DNA of 44,678 nt from positions 1 through 44,678 of the IMG/VR virus record IMGVR_UViG_3300044878_000164. One strand, 5' to 3'. The notes beneath the pieces are model-generated. The model saw only the letters and a program-made list of their open reading frames with translations, was not told the origin of the DNA and did not search any database. Position numbers and translations under genes: made by a program. This stretch comes from a virus. Lineage: Duplodnaviria > Caudoviricetes. Shown piece after piece: positions 24,913 through 32,429 of the stretch (its first letter is position 1; every line of letters starts with the position of its first letter).

Positions 24913-25944
24913 ATGGCGGTCACGGCCGATACTCTGCGGATCGTTGACCGCCTCCGCGCCGACCTGGAACGCATGACGGACGCCCAGACCCTCACCCTCA
25001 CCCGGGCATGGGTCGAAGCGTACGACGCTTTGGCGCCGGAGTTTCAGGCCGCCGTCGTGGAGCTGGTCGCCGCCGGCGGGAACGTGTCCCGCTCCACTGT
25101 GGCGAAAAACATCCGGCTCCGCGACGCCCTGCAAACCAGCCGGGCCATGCTGGACGAGCTGGCCCGCACCACGGAGACGGTCGTGGCCACAGACGTCGGG
25201 CAGGCCGTCCTGGACGCGGTCGACGGGCACCACGCCATCGTCGCCTCCCAGCTCCCACCCACAACACCGGGGGTCAGCTTCACCCGCATGTCCCCCGACG
25301 CACTCGCCGCGATCGTGGAGCGCACCACCAAGCAGATCCACTCCGCGACCGTGCCGCTCCCGGCCGACGTGGAGCGGGCCATGAAAGCCCAGCTGGTCCG
25401 CGGTATCGCCGTCGGGGACAATCCGCGCCGGACCGCGTCGAAGATCATGGCCGCCACCGAGCAGCGGTTCAACGGCGGACTCACCCGGGCGCTGACCATC
25501 GCCCGGACCGAGACCCTGGACGCGCACCGGACCGCCACACGGGCGTCGGAGAAGGTCAACACGGACATCCTCGAAGAGTGGGAGTGGCACGCCGCGCTCA
25601 CGGCCCGTACCTGCCCGTCCTGCTGGGCGAAACACGGCACCCGGCACCCGTTGGAGGAGCCGGGCCCGAACGATCACCAGAACGGCCGCTGCGCCCGCGT
25701 CACCGTCACCAAATCGTGGGCGGACCTCGGATTTACGGGGATCGAAGAACCCGCGTCGCTGACACCGGACGCGCAGGCGACATTCGCGAACCTCACCCCG
25801 GACGCACAACTCGCCGTCATGGGCCCGGCCCGGCTCGAACTGCTCAACTCCGGCAAGATCGCCTGGGCTGACCTGTCCACCGTCAAGCAGACCCCCGGCT
25901 GGCGCGACTCATACGCCGTCACCCCGGTGAAGGATCTGCGCTAG
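24913..25944 (+). CDS. Minor head protein (Mu F / SPP1 gp7-like)
   Basis: RALTIARTE, WEWHAAL..RTCPSC..KHG, HQNGRC. Confidence 0.88.
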   Translation: MAVTADTLRIVDRLRADLERMTDAQTLTLTRAWVEAYDALAPEFQAAVVELVAAGGNVSRSTVAKNIRLRDALQTSRAMLDELARTTETVVATDVGQAVLDAVDGHHAIVASQLPPTTPGVSFTRMSPDALAAIVERTTKQIHSATVPLPADVERAMKAQLVRGIAVGDNPRRTASKIMAATEQRFNGGLTRALTIARTETLDAHRTATRASEKVNTDILEEWEWHAALTARTCPSCWAKHGTRHPLEEPGPNDHQNGRCARVTVTKSWADLGFTGIEEPASLTPDAQATFANLTPDAQLAVMGPARLELLNSGKIAWADLSTVKQTPGWRDSYAVTPVKDLR

Positions 25945-26108
25945 GTCCCGTCACTCAGGGACGGCTCGTACTGGACGGTCCCGCACCACTTGCACGCCAC
26001 CTCAAGGGACGCCCCGGTCGGTCGCAGGTGTATGACACTCGCCTTCCACTCATGCCCCGGGCATTCCCCAGGCGCACCCGCATTCTCGTTCCGGTCATCA
26101 AGGCCCAC
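25941..26108 (-). CDS. 55-aa antisense zinc-ribbon microprotein, leaderless (not in ORF track)
   Basis: MGLDDRNENAGAPGECPGHEWKASVIHLRPTGASLEVACKWCGTVQYEPSLSDGT; TAGAAT -10 is 6 nt before GTG; fills the intergenic gap. Confidence 0.6.
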   Translation of the reverse strand: MGLDDRNENAGAPGECPGHEWKASVIHLRPTGASLEVACKWCGTVQYEPSLSDGT

Positions 26109-26128
26109 ACGCCCATTCTAGGAGCCCC

Positions 26129-26377
26129 ATGTCCCAGACGCCCAGCATCGGCCGCATCGTCCACTACCACTCGTACGGGACACCGGGCGGCGAGTACCTG
26201 CCAGAACCCCGCGCCGCCATCATCACAGCAGTGGGAATGGAACCCCTCCCCGACGGTTGGCCACCCCATCCGGTGGCGCTGGCCGTCCTGAACCCCACGG
26301 GCATGTTCTTCAACACCGACGTGCCCTTCTCCCCCGAACCCAAGCCCGGCCACTGGTCCTGGCCCCCACGCGTCTAA
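26129..26377 (+). CDS. Conserved phage hypothetical protein (PSIGRIVHY...WSWPPRV)
   Basis: GGAG RBS; recognisable motif. Confidence 0.75.
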   Translation: MSQTPSIGRIVHYHSYGTPGGEYLPEPRAAIITAVGMEPLPDGWPPHPVALAVLNPTGMFFNTDVPFSPEPKPGHWSWPPRV

Positions 26378-26388
26378 GGAGGCTGTCA

Positions 26389-27627
26389 ATGCCGAAGCTC
26401 ATCACCGAGGCCGGAACCCTCACCGCCCCATCCGCGACCGGGAAGCTCCTCATCACCCTGATCACCCCCGGGTGGGGCTCCAGCGGCTACTACTCGGACA
26501 AGGTCCTTGAGCAGGCCGCCAAGGACAAGGTCTTCCCGGCCGGCACGCAGATGCACATCGACCACCTGTCCTCCTCCGAGGAGTACGACCGGCCCGCCGG
26601 GTCACTGACCACGCTGGCCGCCGTGCTCGAAGAGGACGCCACCTGGGACCCGAACTACGTCGACGAAGAGACGGGCAAGAAAGGGCGCCTGGCCGCGCCC
26701 GCCCTGCTCGGGTCCAAGTTCCGGCCGGAGATCACCGAGTTCGCCAAGTACATCGGCACCTCGGTAGCCGTCGGTGTGGACATGAAAGCCGGTGAGGCCG
26801 AGGGCCGCCGCGGGCAGATCATCGAAGCAATGTACCCGCACAAACTCAACCGCGTCGACTTCGTCACCGTCGCCGGACGCGGGGGGAAGATCGACAAGGT
26901 CATCGAAGCCCTCGCCTCCCGCGCCCACGAGGTCACCGCCAACGACCTCCGCTCCCAGCTGCGCGAACTCGTCAAGGCCGCGTACGGCGACGACCAGACC
27001 TACGTGTGGCTCGAAGACCACGACGACACCAGCGTCTGGTTCAGCCTCGAAGGCCCTGTGAAGGCCACCACGTACCAGGTCGGCTACACCGTCACCAACG
27101 ACGTCGCCGCGCTCACCGGCGACTCCACCGAGGTCCGCAAAGTCACCCAGTACGTCCCCGTCACCACTCCCGCAACGGAGTCCGCAACTGTCCCGTCCAA
27201 TCCGGCCGGGGTAACCGAAAATCAGGAGGAAGCCACCATGGCAACCATTGATGACGCAGAGCTCGCGCAGCTCCGCGAAGCAGCCGGCCGGGTTCCCGCG
27301 CTGGAATCCGAGAACACCACGCTGAAGACGGAGAACGCCACCCTCGTGAAGGACGGCCGTACCTCGGCCGCCGAGGCCATCGTCGCCGAAGCGTTCGGCG
27401 ACATCGAGGCCAAGACCACGCGCACGTCGCTGGTCCGCGCCGCCCTGGCCGCCGAAGCGTTCAACCCGGACGAACTCAAGGCCACCGCCGTTGAAGCGGC
27501 CGCCGAGATCCGTGCCGAACGCGGCGAAGGCAACGTCCACGGCGCCGGCGACACCGCACCCCACGCCCGCGAAGCAGTCACCGTCTCCGACGCGGACATC
27601 CTCAAAGCCCTCAAGGGAGGCAAGTAG
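26389..27627 (+). CDS. Capsid maturation protease-scaffold fusion
   Basis: GWGSSGYYS, HIDH, GTSV, VDFVTVAGRGG protease-like N-terminus; Ala/Glu-rich helical C-terminus. Confidence 0.75.
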   Translation: MPKLITEAGTLTAPSATGKLLITLITPGWGSSGYYSDKVLEQAAKDKVFPAGTQMHIDHLSSSEEYDRPAGSLTTLAAVLEEDATWDPNYVDEETGKKGRLAAPALLGSKFRPEITEFAKYIGTSVAVGVDMKAGEAEGRRGQIIEAMYPHKLNRVDFVTVAGRGGKIDKVIEALASRAHEVTANDLRSQLRELVKAAYGDDQTYVWLEDHDDTSVWFSLEGPVKATTYQVGYTVTNDVAALTGDSTEVRKVTQYVPVTTPATESATVPSNPAGVTENQEEATMATIDDAELAQLREAAGRVPALESENTTLKTENATLVKDGRTSAAEAIVAEAFGDIEAKTTRTSLVRAALAAEAFNPDELKATAVEAAAEIRAERGEGNVHGAGDTAPHAREAVTVSDADILKALKGGK

Positions 27628-27630
27628 ACC

Positions 27631-27978
27631 ATGAAGAACCAGCGCTACACCAACGCCAAGCACATCGAAGTCACCTTCCCCTACGCCCGCGTATCCGGTG
27701 AGCCGGTCCGCGTCGGGTCCATCTGCGGCGTGGCCGTGAAGGACACCGCCAACGGCGAGCGCGCCGCGGTCTGGCTGGACGGGTCCTACGACCTGCAGGT
27801 CACCGGCGCCGTCGCATCCGAGGGCCTGCCGGTCTACATCACCCCGGCCGGTGCCCTGAACACCACATCCACCGGGAACTACCTGTTCGGCGTTTCGCTG
27901 GGCACGAAGGCCGCAGCCGCGGGCCCCCTCGAAGTAGCCCCCATCGGCTACACCAACCAGACCGCCGCCGGCGCCTAA
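27631..27978 (+). CDS. Capsid decoration/cement protein (DUF2190-like)
   Basis: SGEPVRVG..CGVA...G.Y.L.V...VY; between scaffold and capsid genes. Confidence 0.75.
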   Translation: MKNQRYTNAKHIEVTFPYARVSGEPVRVGSICGVAVKDTANGERAAVWLDGSYDLQVTGAVASEGLPVYITPAGALNTTSTGNYLFGVSLGTKAAAAGPLEVAPIGYTNQTAAGA

Positions 27979-27989
27979 GGAGCACTGAC

Positions 27990-29072
27990 ATGACCGTTCT
28001 CAACACCGGCGACATTCTCGCCAAAGAAGGCTTCCGGGTCGCCCCGTCCGTCCGCGAGCGCATGCTCGAAGCCGCGAAGCTCTTCAACGAAGGCGTCGCG
28101 GGCAAGTCCGCGGCCGCCGAGTACCGCATGAAGGAAGCGTTCTCCACCTCGGACTTCCCGAAGCTCCTCGGTGCAGCGTTCCAGGTCGAGGCCCGGGACC
28201 GCTACCAGGACACGACCCCGGAGTGGCAGGGCATCGCCGCCGAGCGCAAGGTGATCGACTTCCGCCCCGCGAAGGTCATCGACGTCAACGGCGGTCGCGA
28301 CGCGTTCGAAGACGTCTCCGAAGGCGAAGAGTACAAGGGCCGGTCCCTGACCGAGGCCGAGTTCACGTTCTCCGCCGGCAAGACCGGTAACAGCTTCGGC
28401 CTCACGTTCGAGGCACGGAAGAACAACCAGTACTACCAGCTGCTGGACTTCCCCGGCCGCTTCGGCACGTCCGCACGCGCCACCGAGGACGCCAAGGTCT
28501 TCGGCACGTTCGTGGACGCCGCAGGCCCCAAGGCGGCGTTCTTCTCGGTCATCGGGAACAAGACGCTCACCGCGGACAACCTGCTCGCCGCGTACAAGAC
28601 CGTCGTGGCCCGCAAGGACGCCGACGGCATCCCGGTGAACTTCGGCGGCCGTCCGCTCACCCTGCTCGTGCCCCCGGCGCTGGTGTTCGAGGCCGAGGCC
28701 ATCGTCAACGAGCCGACCGTGTCCAACGGCGGCACGTCGACGAAGAAGAACCCGCTGTTCGGCAAGTTCACCGTGGTGTCCTCGTGGCGCCTGGCCGTCA
28801 TTGACCAGTCCGCGAACGCCAACACCACGTGGTACCTGCTGCCCCCGAAGGACTCGGACGCCGCGTCCTTGGGCAAGGTCACCATGGTCGGCGAAGAGAC
28901 CGTGGACATCCGCGTCAAGCGCGACCAGGGCGAACGCCCCGACGGCGGCGCGATCGGCATCGAAGAGGGGTCGTTCAACGACGACACCATCTGGTTCCGC
29001 GGCCGCCACATCACCGGCGGCGCGAAGCTCGACACCACGGGCGCTTACGCGTCCACCGGCACCACGGCCTAA
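27990..29072 (+). CDS. Major capsid protein
   Basis: STSDFP.LL, LLVPPAL, WYLL, F..D.I.FRGRH motifs of Mu gpT-like capsids; position. Confidence 0.88.
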   Translation: MTVLNTGDILAKEGFRVAPSVRERMLEAAKLFNEGVAGKSAAAEYRMKEAFSTSDFPKLLGAAFQVEARDRYQDTTPEWQGIAAERKVIDFRPAKVIDVNGGRDAFEDVSEGEEYKGRSLTEAEFTFSAGKTGNSFGLTFEARKNNQYYQLLDFPGRFGTSARATEDAKVFGTFVDAAGPKAAFFSVIGNKTLTADNLLAAYKTVVARKDADGIPVNFGGRPLTLLVPPALVFEAEAIVNEPTVSNGGTSTKKNPLFGKFTVVSSWRLAVIDQSANANTTWYLLPPKDSDAASLGKVTMVGEETVDIRVKRDQGERPDGGAIGIEEGSFNDDTIWFRGRHITGGAKLDTTGAYASTGTTA

Positions 29073-29083
29073 ACAGTGGACCC

Positions 29084-29114
29084 GGTGCCCGGCTGACCAG
29101 CTCAGCCGGGCACC
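29084..29114. terminator. Hairpin after the capsid gene (terminator or stability element)
   Basis: GGTGCCCGGCTG-ACCAGCT-CAGCCGGGCACC; no U-tract. Confidence 0.55.
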
Positions 29115-29140
29115 ACCCCCAACACTTCAGGAGGCGCACC

Positions 29141-29497
29141 GTGGCCGATTACACCACCCCCACCGGCCAGGTCCGGCTCCACACAGCAGACCTCGACGAC
29201 GCCAACCCTGTTGTCTCGGACGAGATCATCAACGGCTACCTCACCATGCATAGCGGGGACGTGCTGCTGGCCTCCGCCGACGTCCTCGACGCCGTCGCCA
29301 CCACGGAGCTGCTGCTGGCGAAGAAGATCCGCACCCAGGACCTGTCCACCGACGGGCCCGCGGTCGCCGCCGAGCTGCGGAAGAAAGCCGCCGAGCTTCG
29401 GACCCGCGCCTATGACGCGTCCGGCGCCGGCGCGTGGTTCGACGTCGTCGGATTCGAACCGTACGGGCACCTCGAAGGCGTGGAGTACCGGGCATGA
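29141..29497 (+). CDS. Head-to-tail adaptor
   Basis: YTTPTGQVRL..AD...SDE.I..YL; follows the capsid gene. Confidence 0.75.
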   Translation: MADYTTPTGQVRLHTADLDDANPVVSDEIINGYLTMHSGDVLLASADVLDAVATTELLLAKKIRTQDLSTDGPAVAAELRKKAAELRTRAYDASGAGAWFDVVGFEPYGHLEGVEYRA

Positions 29498-29925
29498 GTC
29501 CGCTTCCCGGCTACAAGGTCATCCCGGACGGCTGGGCCGCCCATCACCGCCCCACCGCGAACGCCACGATGACGGCGCCGTGCACGATCGGCCGGATCAG
29601 TGGCGGGCCTCCCCCGTACCCGAAGCCGGAAGGCTGGACCGGTGAAGAGCTGATCCACACCACGGTCTGCCGGGTGCAGGAACTCAAACGGGAGGGTGGC
29701 GGCGTGCCGGGCGAACAGCCCACGGCGGAACGCCAGTACCTTGTCCCCGTCCCGCTCACCAACGCTGACGGCGTGCCCCTCCCGGAGCTGCGCGCCGGGG
29801 AACGCGGTGACATCATCCACGCCCTCGGCCGCCACCTCCGCATCGTCAACATCATGTTCGGCTCCCAGGAATGGGAGCGCGACCTGATCTGCGTGGACAA
29901 CCAGACCCAGCAAAACCCGGCCTAG
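29494..29925 (+). CDS. Head-to-tail stopper (DUF6093-like)
   Basis: Position; MTAPCTI...CRVQ...Y.V.VP...GDII. Confidence 0.7.
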   Translation: MSPLPGYKVIPDGWAAHHRPTANATMTAPCTIGRISGGPPPYPKPEGWTGEELIHTTVCRVQELKREGGGVPGEQPTAERQYLVPVPLTNADGVPLPELRAGERGDIIHALGRHLRIVNIMFGSQEWERDLICVDNQTQQNPA

Positions 29926-29934
29926 GAGGCACCC

Positions 29935-30294
29935 GTGAACGACCCCCTCCGCCAGCTCTCCGCCGACATCGCCCGCGCAGCCCGGACCACCGGCGCCCGC
30001 GCCCAGATCGTGATCCGCAAGACCGCCATCGACATCGAGTCCAGCGCGAAGCAGACCGTGGCCGTGGACACCGGGAACCTCAAGGGCTCCATCGGGCACT
30101 CCGACCTACGCACCGTCGGCCGCTCCGGTTCCCTCGTCGTGGAGATCGGCCCGACCGCCTCCTACGGGGTGTTCCTCGAACAGGGCACGTCACGGATGGC
30201 GCCGCAGCCGTTCATGGGCCCAGCCGCCGACCGGCACACCCCCGGCTTTGAGCAGGCCATGGCCCAGCTTGGGGTTGAGGGCCTCAATGGTTGA
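29935..30294 (+). CDS. HK97 gp10-like neck protein
   Basis: AVDTGNLKGSI...YGVFLEQGTSRMAPQPFMGPA. Confidence 0.85.
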   Translation: MNDPLRQLSADIARAARTTGARAQIVIRKTAIDIESSAKQTVAVDTGNLKGSIGHSDLRTVGRSGSLVVEIGPTASYGVFLEQGTSRMAPQPFMGPAADRHTPGFEQAMAQLGVEGLNG

Positions 30295-30703
30295 CGTCGA
30301 AGCCCTCACCGGCACCGTGCTAGCCGCGTTGCGCACCATCCCCGGCGTCACCGTCTACGACGGGTACGTCCCGGCAGCTGTCCCGGAAACCGGCGGCTAC
30401 CCGGACCCGTACATCGTGCTCTGGTCAGGGATCGGCGACAACCCCGAAGAGGCCCTGGCCAACGGCGTCCACGACACGGACTCGCTCATCTGGGACTTCC
30501 AAACAACCGCGGCCGGCGCGGACCCCGGGATCTGCCGCAACGTCGCCCAAGCCGCCGCGGCGAAGCTCACCAACCTGAAGGTCGGCACCGGCCGGGTCAA
30601 ACCCAACCCGGACGGCTTCAAACAGCAGTCCCCCATCCTCGACACCCAAACCACCCCGGCCCGATTCATGCTGCCGCGCCCGTGGCGGCTCGGAACGAAC
30701 TAG
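30287..30703 (+). CDS. Tail terminator
   Basis: VYDG.VP...PYIVLW; position. Confidence 0.7.
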   Translation: MVDVEALTGTVLAALRTIPGVTVYDGYVPAAVPETGGYPDPYIVLWSGIGDNPEEALANGVHDTDSLIWDFQTTAAGADPGICRNVAQAAAAKLTNLKVGTGRVKPNPDGFKQQSPILDTQTTPARFMLPRPWRLGTN

Positions 30704-30711
30704 GAGAACCC

Positions 30712-30906
30712 ATGGCAGATGACGGATTCGTCACCGCGGTCGGCCCGGACGGCAAGAAACGCCGGGTCCCCAAGCACTACCTCGACAACCCGGCATTCGG
30801 GTACAGACTCCCGCCCTCCACACGGGTCCGGGAACCGGCCACTCCGGCCACAGTACGAGCAACCGAACCGGCCCGGCCGGAGAAAAAGAAGGAGGTTAGC
30901 GAGTGA
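30712..30906 (+). CDS. Small hypothetical protein
   Basis: AGGAG RBS; GKKRRVPKHYLD. Confidence 0.6.
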   Translation: MADDGFVTAVGPDGKKRRVPKHYLDNPAFGYRLPPSTRVREPATPATVRATEPARPEKKKEVSE

Positions 30907-31421
30907 AATCACTGGCTGACGGCAAGAAGAAAATCACCCTGCTGACCGAGGCTCCCGTCAACGAGGAAGCCCCCACCGCGACCGAGCTGAACGCGGGCGA
31001 GGACATCAGCTGCAACGTGCTGGACTCCGACTTCAACTGGACCAACACCGACAGCGCAACCTTCGACGAGAAGCCCGCCTGCGCCAAGGGCCAGGTGCTC
31101 GCCCTCGGGGCAAGCAACTACGACCTCGCCGCCACGTTCATCCGGGAATACCTGGAGTCCGGCGGCACTATCGGCGCGGCTGACATCGCCGGCCTCGACG
31201 CCGGCTATCAGGCGGTCAAAACCAAGGGCAGCGTCGTGTGGATTTACGTCCGCGAAACGGCCAAGGACTCCGACGAGGACTGGGCCGCAGCCGACGAAAT
31301 CTACCTGGGCGGCAAGGTCCAGTCGGATGCACCGGCCCGCGTGAACAACGACGGCAACATCAAGCGGCGCATCAAGTTCCTGCCGCAGCGCATGTTCGAG
31401 GACATCGCCGTAGCCGCGTAA
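30903..31421 (+). CDS. Major tail (tube) protein
   Basis: APTATELNAGEDISC motif; precedes the chaperones. Confidence 0.85.
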   Translation: MKSLADGKKKITLLTEAPVNEEAPTATELNAGEDISCNVLDSDFNWTNTDSATFDEKPACAKGQVLALGASNYDLAATFIREYLESGGTIGAADIAGLDAGYQAVKTKGSVVWIYVRETAKDSDEDWAAADEIYLGGKVQSDAPARVNNDGNIKRRIKFLPQRMFEDIAVAA

Positions 31422-31428
31422 CAAGGCT

Positions 31429-31466
31429 GCCGGCCGGGTGGTTTTCCAAGGTTCCACCCGGCCGGC
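31429..31466. terminator. Hairpin after the major tail gene
   Basis: GCCGGCCGGGTGG...CCACCCGGCCGGC, 13-bp stem. Confidence 0.55.
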
Positions 31467-31515
31467 GTTCCACCCCCAACCTTGCCCCACACGTTCAAAG
31501 ACCTTGGAGGTCCCC

Positions 31516-32091
31516 ATGACTGAAACCGCCCCGGCCACATTCAACGTCGAAGACTGGCTGACTGACGCCGCACTCCCGGAGGAGTCGGCCACGATCTACA
31601 AGCGGGCCGACGTCGTCGCCGAACTGACTGACCTCAAACGCCAGATCGGCATCGTCACGGACGCCCAGGACGCGGAGCCCACCGCGGGCGCCAAGCGCCC
31701 GGCCACCCTGATCCGGCAGTACGAGCAGCTCCTCCGGACATTCTCCGGATCCGCACTCACCATCTACGTGCGGGCGCTCACCGGTGACGAGCTCCGGACC
31801 ATGAAGGCCTCCCACGAGGAGCGCACCAAGGACCTCACCCCCGAAGCGGCCAACCTGGAGTTCGGCTACGACCTGCTGGCCGCCGCCATCGTCGCGGTCA
31901 AGCCAGCCGGATCCAAGGAACGCCAGCCGGCCCAGTTCACCCCGGCCAAGGTCAAGGCCATGGAAGAAGCCATCGGCGCAATGCAGATGCAGCTCATCCT
32001 CGCCGCACGGCAGCAGGCGCAGAACGGCGTACCCACCGTGGACGCCGATTTTTTGCCCAAGCGCTCTGGCACGGAAGCTGGCCCGGAGTAG
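31516..32091 (+). CDS. Tail assembly chaperone (gpG-like)
   Basis: GGAGG RBS; between tail tube and tape measure; slippery T TTT TTG near the end. Confidence 0.8.
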   Translation: MTETAPATFNVEDWLTDAALPEESATIYKRADVVAELTDLKRQIGIVTDAQDAEPTAGAKRPATLIRQYEQLLRTFSGSALTIYVRALTGDELRTMKASHEERTKDLTPEAANLEFGYDLLAAAIVAVKPAGSKERQPAQFTPAKVKAMEEAIGAMQMQLILAARQQAQNGVPTVDADFLPKRSGTEAGPE

Positions 32092-32411
32092 TCCAGGTCC
32101 TCAAAACGGCGCGTGCCAGCGGCAAACCACCGATGCACTGGTTCAGCCCGCGCCGCGGCGAGTGGACCGACAAGGACTACGTCCTGTCCCTGGCGCTGAC
32201 CATCTACGAGGACGGGCTCTGCGGCTGCGGCCAACCCATGGCCGTGGCCCACCACCCCGACAACGACGGCTGGTACGACGCCAAGAAAACCCAGTGCCAC
32301 TCCTGCGCCAAGCGCGAGCAAGCCAACACCGGGAAACAGGACCCTCCCCCCGGGGAGAAGGTCTACACCATCTACACCCGGCCCACGGACAAGCCCCTGC
32401 CACCGCTCTAA
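31516..32411 (+). CDS. Tail assembly chaperone, -1 frameshift product (gpGT-like)
   Basis: Heptamer TTTTTTG at 32049-32055; the -1 frame reads AQALWHGSWPGVVQVLKTARASGKPP and joins ORF 32133-32411. Confidence 0.8.
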
Positions 32412-32429
32412 CCACGCCCAGGAGGCACC

